This document shows positions 46,600-56,800 of a stretch of 64,000 bases of DNA, in pieces (positions within the stretch are counted from its first letter, which is position 1; each line of letters starts with the position of its first letter). A program made the position numbers and the translations under genes. This DNA comes from Roseibacillus sp. (GTDB taxonomy: Bacteria; Verrucomicrobiota; Verrucomicrobiia; Verrucomicrobiales; Akkermansiaceae): NCBI GenBank assembly GCA_965242925.1, contig CBDEUM010000004.1, forward strand, positions 1 through 64,000. Direction: 5' to 3'. The notes beneath the pieces were generated by a model. The model was not told the origin of the DNA. It made no database searches and saw only the letters and a program-made list of their open reading frames with translations.

Positions 46600-48636
46600 A
46601 TGAACTTTTTCGAGACACAGGACCGGGCTCGCCGCCGGACGAAGTGGCTGGTGTTTTATTTCATATGCGCGGTGGTCGCCATCGTCTTCGCGGCCTATTT
46701 CGGGGTGATCTTCGGGATGACACTGGCCGGCGACCGGCTGGATCTCTGGGAGCCCGGGTGGTTCATCTCCATCGCCGGGGTGACCTGCCTCCTGGTCTTC
46801 GGGGGAAGCGCCTACAAGTCGAGCCAGTTGCGGCAGGGCGGGAGGGTGGTTGCCAAGGATCTGGGCGGACGCCTCGTCCTCCCCCATACCCGGGACCCGG
46901 AGGAACGGCAGTTGCTCAACGTGGTGGAGGAAATGGCCATCGCGTCCGGGACCCCGGTGCCGCAGGTTTATGTGATGGACGAGGAAATGGGGATCAACGC
47001 CTTCGCGGCGGGAACGAAGCCCTCCAATGCCGTGATCGGAGTCACCCGGGGGTGCCTCCAACTCCTCTCCCGTTCTGAACTGCAGGGGGTCGTGGCACAT
47101 GAATTCAGCCACATCCACAATGGGGACATGCGGCTGAACATGCGTCTCATCGCGGTGATTTTCGGGCTTCTCATTCTGATGCTCACCGGGCGCATCATTC
47201 TCCACTCTATTCTCCGCTCTGCGTTCCAGCCGCGTGTGTCGAGCGGGAACCGTCGAGAACGAAATGGGGGGGATGTCCGGGCGTTGGCCATAGTGGTTGT
47301 CATCGCTGGGGTGTTCTTTCTTGTCGGGGGAATTGGCGCGATCTTTGCCCGTCTCATCCAGGCCGCCGTCTCGCGTCAGCGGGAATTTCTGGCCGATGCC
47401 TCGGCGGTGCAGTTCACCCGGGAACCCGCGGGACTGGCCGGAGCGCTCAAGAAAATCGGGGGGTGGAATGATGGATCAAGTGTACGGAGTCCGCAGGCCC
47501 TTGCGGTCAGTCACATGTTCTTTGCCGAGGGGGGTCTTTTCAAGTGGGGCATGGCCACTCATCCGCCGCTACAAGTGCGGATCCGGGCCCTGGAGCCGGA
47601 CTGGGTTGGAGGGTTTGACTCTGTGGCCCTGAACAAGAACCAGTCCCTGGCGGGATTGTACGACGAATCGCGTCAGCAGATTCTGCAGCGACAACGGGGA
47701 GAGGTTGGGGCGGCAGCTGACGAGGAGGGGGAATCGGGGGCGGTTGCGAATCTCGCTCCGGTTCAGCGCTTAAGCGGAAGCGTGAACGCAATGGTGGCAT
47801 TGAGTGGCCTGGGTCAGGAAACCCGGTGGTCTCTGGAGGCGGGGCAGCGCATTCACGACGGATTGGATGAGAGATTGCGTTCCGCCTCGCAGGATCGCGG
47901 AGGGGCCCAGAGACTGATCTTCGCCATGCTCCTTTCCAGGGACAGGCAACAGCGCCAGGAGCAGGTTGAGGGACTGCGAAAGGGAATGGGTTCGGATTTT
48001 TTGAGGGGAGGTGAGGACTGGCAGGAACTGCTGGAGTCGCTCCATTCAGCCGAGAAGATTGCCCTTTTGGACCTCTGCATGCCCACTCTCCGACACATGA
48101 GTCAGCCGGAGTATGGCCGCTTCATCCAGTTGATGCATTGGATCATAGCCACGGATGAGAAGGTTGACCTCTTCGAATTCATGCTGCAGCACGCGGTGAC
48201 CCGGCACCTGGCAGGCCACTTTGAACCGGATCGACGAAAGGTTGCGCCGTGGGTGCTCATGGATGACCTGCCCGCAGCGGGGAATGTGCTGCTCACCGTG
48301 ATGGCACGGATGGAGCGGACCGAGGAGAGTGCGGCAAGGGCCTTCCAGGCCGCGGTGAAAGGGGGGCATGGTTTTGAGTGCTGGAGCCCGGAATTACTTC
48401 CTGAAGATTCATTCGGTCCCGAAGAGATCCATTCGGCTCTGGTCGAGTTCGAGACGGCCGCTCCCATGGAGAAGAAGACCATTCTGCAGATGTGTGGTTT
48501 TGCCGCGGCCGAGGACGGAATCCTCACCAGTCGGGAGGCGGAGCTGCTGCGAGCGGTGGCTGACGCAATCGGGGTCAGCCTGCCGCCCTTTGTCCAGGAC
48601 GTCCAATTGCAGGAAGTGGGCGCCGAACAGGCTTGA
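46600..48636 (+). CDS. M48 (HtpX-like) membrane zinc metalloprotease with a long C-terminal extension
   Basis: NVVEEMAIA, INAFAAG, AHEFSH (HExxH), REFLADA and THPP motifs. Confidence 0.92.
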   Translation: MNFFETQDRARRRTKWLVFYFICAVVAIVFAAYFGVIFGMTLAGDRLDLWEPGWFISIAGVTCLLVFGGSAYKSSQLRQGGRVVAKDLGGRLVLPHTRDPEERQLLNVVEEMAIASGTPVPQVYVMDEEMGINAFAAGTKPSNAVIGVTRGCLQLLSRSELQGVVAHEFSHIHNGDMRLNMRLIAVIFGLLILMLTGRIILHSILRSAFQPRVSSGNRRERNGGDVRALAIVVVIAGVFFLVGGIGAIFARLIQAAVSRQREFLADASAVQFTREPAGLAGALKKIGGWNDGSSVRSPQALAVSHMFFAEGGLFKWGMATHPPLQVRIRALEPDWVGGFDSVALNKNQSLAGLYDESRQQILQRQRGEVGAAADEEGESGAVANLAPVQRLSGSVNAMVALSGLGQETRWSLEAGQRIHDGLDERLRSASQDRGGAQRLIFAMLLSRDRQQRQEQVEGLRKGMGSDFLRGGEDWQELLESLHSAEKIALLDLCMPTLRHMSQPEYGRFIQLMHWIIATDEKVDLFEFMLQHAVTRHLAGHFEPDRRKVAPWVLMDDLPAAGNVLLTVMARMERTEESAARAFQAAVKGGHGFECWSPELLPEDSFGPEEIHSALVEFETAAPMEKKTILQMCGFAAAEDGILTSREAELLRAVADAIGVSLPPFVQDVQLQEVGAEQA

Positions 48637-48673
48637 TTTGTCCGGATCCAGCGGAGATTGTCCACCAGCGCCC

Positions 48674-48781
48674 ATGGCACGACGCCCCCTCTGGATCTGG
48701 CCCAATCTCCTGAGCCTCGACGCCCCTCTGGTGGCGCTCGCATGGTTCTGGATGTTCAAGCAGGTCTGGCTGGTCAAATAA
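48674..48781 (+). pseudogene. 35-aa truncated duplicate of the 5' end of the downstream membrane protein gene
   Basis: MARRPLWIWPNLLSLDAPLVALAWFWMFKQVWLVK* matches the downstream copy. Confidence 0.7.
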
Positions 48782-49004
48782 AGGGTGTAGGGTTCGCAGC
48801 AGGGTTAATTTTTCCTTTAACTGCCCCTATTTTCTTGCTGATCCTTGCCTTCGGCGGCGCCCAGTACCAGGGTGCTCCGGCAGCAAGTGTCCCTCCAGCC
48901 CCGGCTGCCCCCCTCTGGATCTGGCCCAATCTTCTGAGCCTCGACGCCCCTCTGGTGGCGCTCGCATGGTTCTGGATGTTCAAGCAGGCCTGGCTGGTCA
49001 AATA
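48685..49004 (+). repeat. 96-bp direct repeat (48685-48780 and 48909-49004) with 2 mismatches
   Basis: Direct comparison; differences at 48709/48933 (C/T) and 48765/48989 (T/C). Confidence 0.95.
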
Positions 49005-49827
49005 CCACCAGTCCCTCCCGTGGTTTCTGGCCCTCACCGTGTGGTGCATCTACGTTGCAGACCGCCTCATGGACGAACGTCTGGCGGAGTTGGGGGCCGG
49101 GCGGACAACGGCGCGTCACCGCTTCCACCGGCAACTACGGAATCCGATGAAGATCGGCCTGCTGATCGGAAGTCTGGGGGCGTTCCTCCTGATGGCCATT
49201 CAATCCCGGGGTCTCCTCCTGTATGGAATGCCCGTTCTGCTTCCGGTGGTCGCCTACTTCGCAGTGAGCTTCTACGATGCCGGACGGGGGGTGTCCTGGT
49301 TCAAGAATATTCTGGCGGGAACGGCTTTTGCCTACGGGACTACGGTCGGAGTTCATTTTCGGCGGGAACGATCAATCTGGGATCTGGCTCTGTCCCCCGA
49401 GGTGGTCGTCTTTGCCGGTCTCTGCATGATCAACATGATTGCGATTGATCACTGGGAAGCTTCTTCGGGCGACGAGGAGGAAGAAGAAACCCGTGAATTC
49501 CACAAGGCCGTCTTGCTCATCCTCCTCCTGGTGCTGGTGGGCACCTGCTACTGGCTGGCGCTCCGGGCGGAAGACTTCACCTTGCAAACACACAAGGCCT
49601 TTTACCTCTCGGTCATGGTGGGCGCCGGGTGTCTGGCCTTTCTCGCTCTCCTGCGCCACCTGTTCTCTTCCGAATCTCTCCGGGTGCTTGCCGATGTCGC
49701 CATGCTCGTGCCCTTGCCCTTCTTTTACTGGTTGCTTGTGGATTACGGGATTATCGAATTCGGGGAGTTGGGGTGGAACTTGAATCAACCGGATCCCGCA
49801 GTGGTTGAAATTGCCGGGGGCGGGTGA
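48835..49827 (+). CDS. Multi-pass membrane protein, UbiA-prenyltransferase-like
   Basis: About 8 TM segments; WCIYVADRLMD resembles the first Asp-rich motif of UbiA-like proteins; start uncertain (in-frame TTG 48835). Confidence 0.55.
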   Translation: MLILAFGGAQYQGAPAASVPPAPAAPLWIWPNLLSLDAPLVALAWFWMFKQAWLVKYHQSLPWFLALTVWCIYVADRLMDERLAELGAGRTTARHRFHRQLRNPMKIGLLIGSLGAFLLMAIQSRGLLLYGMPVLLPVVAYFAVSFYDAGRGVSWFKNILAGTAFAYGTTVGVHFRRERSIWDLALSPEVVVFAGLCMINMIAIDHWEASSGDEEEEETREFHKAVLLILLLVLVGTCYWLALRAEDFTLQTHKAFYLSVMVGAGCLAFLALLRHLFSSESLRVLADVAMLVPLPFFYWLLVDYGIIEFGELGWNLNQPDPAVVEIAGGG

Positions 49828-49887
49828 TTTGAAGCTTGGAGACCGGAGCTTTCGTCGGTAGCGTTGCCGTCCCACAAATACGATACT

Positions 49888-50517
49888 GTGAGCGAAGATT
49901 CCCGGAAACTTCATCCCTCGGTCCTGATCATTGGAGCCCCTGGTGCGGGGAAGGGCACGCAGGGCAAGGTGCTGGGAACTGTTCCCCGGTTTTTCCACTG
50001 TGCGTGCGGGGATGTCTTCCGTTCCCTGGATACCCGGACGGAACTCGGTCAGCAGTTCGTGGAGTTCTCCAGCAAGGGTGAACTGGTGCCCGATGAAATC
50101 ACTATCGGCCTCTGGAAGGCTCAGATCGACAACTGGATCGAGACCTATCACTACAAGCCCGACATCGACATCCTGATCCTGGATGGCATTCCGCGGAATG
50201 TGCACCAGGCCAAAATCCTGGAGGACTACCTGGAGGTTCACCAGGTCATCCATCTGACCTGTCCCGATCGCGAGGAACTGGCCCGGCGAATGCGCAAGCG
50301 CGCCCTGAAGGATAACCGCTACGACGACGCCAGTGACGAGGTGATTGCTCACCGAATCGATACCTATGTGGAGGAGACTCGTCCCCTGATCGATCACTAC
50401 GAGGGCAGGGTGAGCGAGATCGATGCCACCAAGCAACCTGTCGAGGTGCTGGGGGATGTCATAGCGGAGATCGTGAAGCTGGACGTCTACAGGGAGATGG
50501 CCAAGGTGGTCGCCTGA
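49888..50517 (+). CDS. adk: Adenylate / nucleoside monophosphate kinase (short-LID type)
   Basis: GAPGAGKGTQ, GELVPD, LDGIPR and RYDD motifs; GTG start. Confidence 0.8.
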   Translation: MSEDSRKLHPSVLIIGAPGAGKGTQGKVLGTVPRFFHCACGDVFRSLDTRTELGQQFVEFSSKGELVPDEITIGLWKAQIDNWIETYHYKPDIDILILDGIPRNVHQAKILEDYLEVHQVIHLTCPDREELARRMRKRALKDNRYDDASDEVIAHRIDTYVEETRPLIDHYEGRVSEIDATKQPVEVLGDVIAEIVKLDVYREMAKVVA

Positions 50518-50585
50518 TAGTTCAGGTTCCAGATTTCGAATGCCGGCTGTGCTGTAATTTGAAATCCGTCATCTGAAATCATATC

Positions 50586-51551
50586 ATGCGCAAGTTGTTC
50601 ATGGGGACCGGGGAGATCGCCCTGCCGTCGTTTCGAATGATGGCCCAAGAGGGTGATCTGGCAGGACTGGTGACGCAACCGGATCGACCGGTGGGTCGGA
50701 GCGCGAAGCCGTGTCCGCCTCGAATCAAGGAAGCCGCAGCCGGGCTTGGTGTTCCGGTGGTGCAACCGGAGAAGGTGAGAGAGGAGGAGGGGTTTGCTGC
50801 GGTTGCTGCGCTTGAACCCGATCTGATCGTGGTGATGGCCTACGGTCAGATTCTGCCCCGGGAACTCCTCGAGATGCCCCGCTACGGTTGTATCAACGTG
50901 CATGCCTCTCTGCTTCCCCGCCACCGGGGAGCCTCTTGTATCCAGGCCGCTATAGAGGCTGGTGACCCTGAGACCGGAATAAGTATCATATACATGAAGG
51001 AGGATCTGGACACTGGCGACGTCATCACGAGGCAGGCTGTCCCCCTGCATCCTGATGACACCGGTGGAATCGTTCATGACCGTCTGGCGGAATTCGCTCC
51101 GGTGGTCCTGAAGGAGTGTTTGGATGGGATTGCCGGGGGAGACGTGTCGCGAAATCCCCAGGACGACAGTCTGGCGACCTACGCCCCCAAGTTGCATCGG
51201 GCTGACGGAGAGGTGGACTGGAACCAGTCCGCCAGGTTCCTGGAACGTCGCATCCGGGCACATGATCCGTGGCCGGGTTCATTCACATCATTCAATGATG
51301 GCCGTGGCAGAGTAAGGCGCCTGAAGATCTTTCCCGGAGGAATATTGCAGGAAAAAGTTCCCAATGGATCTCCAGGAGAGCTGATTAGCGTCAGTTCTTC
51401 CGGCATTGTCGTAGCCTGTGGGAAGGGCGGAATCCAGTTCAGTGAAGTGCAGGTGGAGGGAGGGAATCGACTCCCGGTCCCGGAGTTCATCAAGGGAAAT
51501 TCGCTGACAGCCGGGGATCGGTTCTTTTCGCTGGCGAGCGAGCCCGAATAG
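50586..51551 (+). CDS. fmt: Methionyl-tRNA formyltransferase
   Basis: FMGT, VTQPDRPVGR, AYGQIL and INVHASLLP motifs. Confidence 0.96.
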   Translation: MRKLFMGTGEIALPSFRMMAQEGDLAGLVTQPDRPVGRSAKPCPPRIKEAAAGLGVPVVQPEKVREEEGFAAVAALEPDLIVVMAYGQILPRELLEMPRYGCINVHASLLPRHRGASCIQAAIEAGDPETGISIIYMKEDLDTGDVITRQAVPLHPDDTGGIVHDRLAEFAPVVLKECLDGIAGGDVSRNPQDDSLATYAPKLHRADGEVDWNQSARFLERRIRAHDPWPGSFTSFNDGRGRVRRLKIFPGGILQEKVPNGSPGELISVSSSGIVVACGKGGIQFSEVQVEGGNRLPVPEFIKGNSLTAGDRFFSLASEPE

Positions 51552-51566
51552 GAGCACAGTAGCACC

Positions 51567-52148
51567 ATGGTCTTGAGGGTTCTGGCAGCAGCCTTTCTCC
51601 TTCCTGCGCTTGGTTCGGCGGTGACAGTGGAAGTGGTGAACCTTTATCAACCGCTGTCGCTCCACGATACCGACGGCATAGGGGAGGATCTAGGGGTGAA
51701 TGACCCAATCCAGGCCGCGGTGATGTCTCGTCCCTACGCCGTGGGTGGAGCGATGCCGGAGGATCTGGTCAAGGCAGTGGGAGCACCGCACCGGATCGCC
51801 AATAATGGGCAGGCTTACGACGTCAAGGATGCCAACTTGCTCAACCTGTGCAAGGTTACCCTGAGCGCAGTAATGAAAAATACCAGGTTGCTCGTCCGGC
51901 TCGATGTGAGCGAGTTCGAGCTGCCGGAAGAACTCGATCTGACTGCCCGGCAGGTAGTCGCCCTCTCAATTCTGGCGATAGAGCGTACTCTCAAGGACTA
52001 TTTCCGGAATATCAAGGATGAGGCCCTGGGCGTTTCGATCGGGGTGAAGGGGACCAATGAGAGGAATGAGGGGCTCAAGGACTTGGCAAGGCGCTTTGAA
52101 CTTGGAAGTCCCCGGGCGGGCGGGGAAGGGGGAGAGGATGACTTGTGA
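51567..52148 (+). CDS. Exported hypothetical protein
   Basis: 193-aa ORF with signal peptide, 15 bp after fmt. Confidence 0.7.
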   Translation: MVLRVLAAAFLLPALGSAVTVEVVNLYQPLSLHDTDGIGEDLGVNDPIQAAVMSRPYAVGGAMPEDLVKAVGAPHRIANNGQAYDVKDANLLNLCKVTLSAVMKNTRLLVRLDVSEFELPEELDLTARQVVALSILAIERTLKDYFRNIKDEALGVSIGVKGTNERNEGLKDLARRFELGSPRAGGEGGEDDL

Positions 52149-52324
52149 CCAAGTTACTGCGGCTCCTTGCTGCTCCTGCAGCCTGCACGAGGGGCGGGGA
52201 AGGGGTCTTTTCACACGAGAGCCATGCAGAATCAGGATGGGGGCTGAAATTCACACGATGGGCCCGGCCTTCTCACTTTGTAGAGCCGAGCTGGATTGGG
52301 TAAATGTTACAACCTTCTGATTGT

Positions 52325-53053
52325 ATGGGCGAAAAGGGACGCTCTTTCAAGAGAGCCATACTGAAGTTAAGCGGGGAGGCCTTGCGGGAACCGGGAAGCA
52401 AGGACAATATCTCTCCTGAGATTGTGGGGCGCATCGCCTCCGAGATTTCGACTGCCCTGGAGTCAGGAGTGGAGTTGGGCATTGTGGTGGGAGGGGGTAA
52501 TTTCTGGCGCGGTGCGTCAGCCAGTGCCCGCGGAATGGACCGGGCTACCGCTGATTACGTCGGCATGCTGGCCACCGTCATGAACGCCCTGGCTCTGCAG
52601 GCCGCCCTGGAGGAAGAAGGGGTGATGTGCATCGTGCAGTCCGCCATTGAAATGAAGAATGTAGCGGAGCCCTTCATCCGGCGGAAGGCCAGACGGCACC
52701 TCGACCACAAAAGGGTCGTCATTTTTGCTGCCGGAACCGGCAGCCCGTTCTTCTCCACCGATACAACCGCCGCCCTGCGGGCCAGCGAGATGAGTGCTGA
52801 CGTTATCCTGAAGGCGACCATGGTGGACGGAGTCTACACTGCGGATCCGAAGAAGGATCCTGATGCCGAGCGTTACGAGAGCGTAAGTTTTCACGAATGC
52901 ATCACAAAGCGGCTGCAAGTGATGGACTCGACGGCGTTCAGCCTCTGCATGGACAACAACGTGCCTGTTATTGTCTTCGATCTGGGCGAACCCGGCAATA
53001 TCGAGCGAGCGCTGTGTGGCGAAGAGCTTGGCACGATCGTCTGTGGAGAGTAG
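52325..53053 (+). CDS. pyrH: UMP kinase
   Basis: [23 protein letters not shown] and VMDSTA motifs. Confidence 0.97.
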   Translation: MGEKGRSFKRAILKLSGEALREPGSKDNISPEIVGRIASEISTALESGVELGIVVGGGNFWRGASASARGMDRATADYVGMLATVMNALALQAALEEEGVMCIVQSAIEMKNVAEPFIRRKARRHLDHKRVVIFAAGTGSPFFSTDTTAALRASEMSADVILKATMVDGVYTADPKKDPDAERYESVSFHECITKRLQVMDSTAFSLCMDNNVPVIVFDLGEPGNIERALCGEELGTIVCGE

Positions 53054-53093
53054 TTTTTCTGCCCGATCACGACTTCACTCAATTTCAGTTATC

Positions 53094-53663
53094 ATGGACC
53101 CGGAAAATACTAAGAAGGAAGTAAACGCTGCGATGAGCAAGGCGGTTGACCACATGCTGCAGGAATTTGTGGGTGTGCGAACCGGGAAAGCCTCTCCCGG
53201 TCTGGTGGAGAACCTCGAAGTGCACGTCGAGGCCTATGCCAGCAACATGAGACTCAAGGAACTGGCGGTGATTACCACGCCTGAAGCCCGTACCATCATG
53301 GTGCAACCCTTTGATCCCGGGGTCACCGGTGATATCGAGCGAGCCATCCGGGAGAATGGCAAGTTGGGACTGAATCCTGTGAGTGATGGCAAGGTTATCC
53401 GTCTCCCCATTCCCGAACTCACCGAGGAACGCCGGGTCGAACTGGTCAAGGTCATCAGGAATATGGCGGAGGAGTCACGGATCAGGGTGAGGTCCGACCG
53501 GAAGGACGGCATGGATGCAGCAAAGAAGATGAAGGCCGACAATGTGCTGACCGAGGACCAGATGCGCGATTTTGAGAGCGAAGTTCAGGAATTTACGGAC
53601 AACTACATCAAGGAAATCGACGAAAAGCTCGGCGAGAAGGAGCAGGAGTTGATGAGGGTTTGA
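53094..53663 (+). CDS. frr: Ribosome recycling factor
   Basis: VRTGKASP, LGLNP and PELTEERR motifs; follows pyrH; start at ATG 53094. Confidence 0.96.
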   Translation: MDPENTKKEVNAAMSKAVDHMLQEFVGVRTGKASPGLVENLEVHVEAYASNMRLKELAVITTPEARTIMVQPFDPGVTGDIERAIRENGKLGLNPVSDGKVIRLPIPELTEERRVELVKVIRNMAEESRIRVRSDRKDGMDAAKKMKADNVLTEDQMRDFESEVQEFTDNYIKEIDEKLGEKEQELMRV

Positions 53664-53803
53664 GGAAGCGTTTCGCCGTGGCCGGGGATGGAGCGTGGAT
53701 TGATATCCAGCGACTCAATTTCCGGAAACCTTTCCGGATTCAGGCCAGGGCCCATCCGGTTAAGGGAACAAAGGTCGTTGTTCGGAACGGTGACGCTGCC
53801 AGC

Positions 53804-54199
53804 TCAGGAGGGTGATCCGTTCTCAAGTTCCGCGATAACCCGTTGTTTTCGGGCGTGTTTCCAGGAGCGAAAAGCAGCTCCGAGATAGAAAGTGCACATG
53901 AGCAGCGCAAGGGTGGCGTTGCGGTGTTCAGGGCTGGCCCATTCGTAGGTTCCCCCGATGGCGGGGCCAATGCATGTGGCTGCATTGGTCAGGAAGGCCA
54001 GAAAAGCCAGAAAGGTGGCTCCAGCGAGCCCGTGACGGGGTTCCACGATGGCGTAGAGGGAGGCAATGAGAACCGCCCCGCCGGAAAAGATGCCTGGCAT
54101 GGCGATGGACCGGAGTTCCCCGGTCGAGCCGACCTCCTGGATTCCCGCAATTCCCATGGCGAGGAGGGCGAAGGCCAGGAGGAAGCTCAGGATGTGCAT
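53804..54199 (-). CDS. Small 4-TM membrane protein of unknown function
   Basis: 131-aa ORF with four hydrophobic segments filling the frr-GNAT gap. Confidence 0.65.
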   Translation of the reverse strand: MHILSFLLAFALLAMGIAGIQEVGSTGELRSIAMPGIFSGGAVLIASLYAIVEPRHGLAGATFLAFLAFLTNAATCIGPAIGGTYEWASPEHRNATLALLMCTFYLGAAFRSWKHARKQRVIAELENGSPS

Positions 54200-54370
54200 G
54201 CTGGCAGGAATCTGCAGAAGATGATGACAGGTCAGGATCTCCCGTCACGACTGATCTCTTCCCTGGCGGATCGGTCGGGGCGATCGATGACGAGCCGGGT
54301 GATCCTGCCCTGGGGAAGCGGTGTGATCATTCCCGATTGCTCTGAATGGTGCAGGACGTAGTCTTGTTCC

Positions 54371-54847
54371 ATGATCGATATGCTGGTGCGGCTTTACGAC
54401 CTGCCCGAGACCCTGGAGACCTATCGGGCCGTTGAGGAGGAGGGGGTGATCCTGCGGAGGCCACAGGGTTACGAGCGCCACATCCTGGCCCATTGGGTGG
54501 GCGAGCACTTTTCGCCAAAGTGGGTCAGCGAGGCGAAGGTGGCCTTCAGTCGGCAACCCGTGAGCGCCTTCATGGCGACCAGGGAGAAGGAGATACTCGG
54601 GTTCGCCTGTTACGAAACAACAGGCAAGGGCTATTTCGGACCGACCGGGGTGGCGGAAGGAGAGCGGGGCGGCGGTCTCGGAAAGGCTCTTCTCTACAAG
54701 GCCCTTGAAGCCATGCGCGAGGAGGGTTACGCCTATGCAATCATCGGTGGGGTAGGTCCGCGGGAGTTCTACGAGAAGGCATGCGGGGCGATTGAAATCC
54801 CGGGAAGTGACCCGGGAATTTTCGCTGATCTCCTGCCCGATCCCTGA
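54371..54847 (+). CDS. GNAT family N-acetyltransferase
   Basis: FGPTGV....RGGGLGKALL acetyl-CoA motif; FYEK motif. Confidence 0.88.
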   Translation: MIDMLVRLYDLPETLETYRAVEEEGVILRRPQGYERHILAHWVGEHFSPKWVSEAKVAFSRQPVSAFMATREKEILGFACYETTGKGYFGPTGVAEGERGGGLGKALLYKALEAMREEGYAYAIIGGVGPREFYEKACGAIEIPGSDPGIFADLLPDP

Positions 54848-54887
54848 TCGGGCAGGCACTCAGGTTCATATCTCACGTTTCAGATTG

Positions 54888-55598
54888 GTGTCCAAAGCCG
54901 TTCCCAGAGGAAGTCAGGATCCTGAGTATGTCCGGGGGGCCTTTGCCCGGATCGCGGATAAGTATGCCCTGGCCAATCACCTCCTGAGTGCAGGGACGGA
55001 TATTCTCTGGCGGCGGAAGGCCGCTCGCATGGTCGCGGATCTGCAACCGACCCGGGTTCTTGACGTGGCAGCCGGGACCGGTGATCTGGCTCTCGCAATA
55101 CAACGGTATTGCCCCGGGGCTGAGGTGACGGGGGTCGACTTCTGCGAGGAGATGCTCCTGCATGCGACGAAGCGCGGACTACGCCACACGGTCGTGGGTG
55201 ATGCACTTGATCTTCCCTTCGAGGATGGAAGTTTCGACGTGGTCACGGTGGCCTTCGGGTTGAGAAACATGGGGAACTGGGAGGCCGGGTTGCACGAGAT
55301 GGCGCGGGTCGTGCGGGACGGAGGACATGTCCTGGTCCTTGACTTCTCGCTCCCGAGGGGAGTTCTGCAAAGACCGTATGCCTTTTATCTCAACAAGTTG
55401 CTGCCCCGGATCGCCGGAGTGATCACCGGGGAGCGCGACGCATACGAGTATCTGGCGGGATCGATCGACCGATTTCCCTGTGGGGAGGCCATGCTTGAGT
55501 TGTTTTCAAGGACGGGATTGCAGGAGAGCGAGTGGCTGCCCCTCAGCGGAGGGATCGCTTCCATTTATACCGGACAAGTTGCTGTGATACCGTCTTAA
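54888..55598 (+). CDS. ubiE: Ubiquinone/menaquinone biosynthesis C-methyltransferase (UbiE/MenG)
   Basis: F.RIA.KY...NHLLS.G, LDVAAGTGD, AFGLRN and AYEYL..SI motifs; start approximate (GTG 54888). Confidence 0.88.
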   Translation: MSKAVPRGSQDPEYVRGAFARIADKYALANHLLSAGTDILWRRKAARMVADLQPTRVLDVAAGTGDLALAIQRYCPGAEVTGVDFCEEMLLHATKRGLRHTVVGDALDLPFEDGSFDVVTVAFGLRNMGNWEAGLHEMARVVRDGGHVLVLDFSLPRGVLQRPYAFYLNKLLPRIAGVITGERDAYEYLAGSIDRFPCGEAMLELFSRTGLQESEWLPLSGGIASIYTGQVAVIPS

Positions 55599-55636
55599 CG
55601 CTTAACACAGGGCGCTCCAGAGGCCACACTTCCCGC

Positions 55637-56731
55637 ATGCCGATCCAGGGATCAGCCAATCAGTTCGTGTGCGACCTCGTGGCTTATGAGCCAGGGAAAC
55701 CGGTCGAGGAGACCGCGCGTGAATTGGGCTTGCGGCCTGAGGAGATCATCAAGCTGGCCAGCAACGAGAACCCGCTTGGTCCGTCACCAAAGGCAAAGGA
55801 GGCCATGCAGACGGCTATCGAGGAAGGGCATCTTTACCCCGACGGAGGGGGCTGGAACCTCCGTAATGCGATTGCAGAAAGGTGCGGGGTGGGAATGGAA
55901 CACGTGGTTCTGGGTAATGGATCAAATGAAATCATCGAGTTGCTCTGTCACTGCTTTCTCAATCGTGAAAGATCCCTTGTTGCGTCCGAGCATGCCTTCG
56001 TGGTCTACAAGCTGATGGCCACCCTCTTCGGGGCGAAATACGTGGAGGTGGCCGACTCGGATTTCGTGCACGATCTCGATGCCATGGCGGACGCGATTAC
56101 CACGGATACGCGGTTGGTATTCATCGCCAATCCCAACAATCCAACCGGGACACTCGTGGGCCAGACCGAAATCGACCGCTTCATGAACCGTCTTCCGGAT
56201 CACGTGGTGACAGTTTTTGACGAGGCCTATTACGAGTTTCTGAGCGATCCGCCGGATACGGTGAAATATGTCAGGGAGGGGAGGAATGTATGTGTCATGC
56301 GTACTTTCTCCAAGGCCCAGGGTCTCGCAGCCCTGCGGATAGGCTACGGCATCGCCTCTGAGCCGGTGGCGAACCTTCTGCACCGGGCCCGGCAGCCATT
56401 CAACGCGAACGGTATTGCTCAGGCCGGCGCTCTTGCCGCCTTGGGTGATCCCGAGCACGTGGCCCGCACGGTTGCCAATAACGACGATGGTCTGTCGCTA
56501 CTGCAGGATGCCTTCGAAAAGCGTGGGCTTCGTTACGTGCCCAGCATGGCCAACTTCGTCCTGGTGGAGGTGGGAGACGGTGATGAGGTTTTCCAGAAGA
56601 TGCTTGCTCATGGGGTCATCGTAAGGGCCATGCGAGGCTACAAGCTGCCCGGGTGGGTCCGCATTTCGGTGGGAACCCGAGCTCAGAATGAACGCTGCCT
56701 GGAGGTTCTGGACCAGGTTCTGGCCGACTGA
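55637..56731 (+). CDS. hisC: Histidinol-phosphate aminotransferase
   Basis: KLASNENP, GNGSNE, NPNNPTG, DEAY and RTFSK motifs. Confidence 0.95.
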   Translation: MPIQGSANQFVCDLVAYEPGKPVEETARELGLRPEEIIKLASNENPLGPSPKAKEAMQTAIEEGHLYPDGGGWNLRNAIAERCGVGMEHVVLGNGSNEIIELLCHCFLNRERSLVASEHAFVVYKLMATLFGAKYVEVADSDFVHDLDAMADAITTDTRLVFIANPNNPTGTLVGQTEIDRFMNRLPDHVVTVFDEAYYEFLSDPPDTVKYVREGRNVCVMRTFSKAQGLAALRIGYGIASEPVANLLHRARQPFNANGIAQAGALAALGDPEHVARTVANNDDGLSLLQDAFEKRGLRYVPSMANFVLVEVGDGDEVFQKMLAHGVIVRAMRGYKLPGWVRISVGTRAQNERCLEVLDQVLAD

Positions 56732-56800
56732 GAGGGACGGGCTCGCGAATTGACACGCAATAGACATGGGACTATTCTATTAAGACTTCTTAATAATCCG

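Noticed and set aside
54232..54372. 46-aa minus-strand ORF starting head-to-head with the GNAT gene
   Set aside because: Short, no motif, and its start overlaps the divergent gene start, leaving no room for a leader
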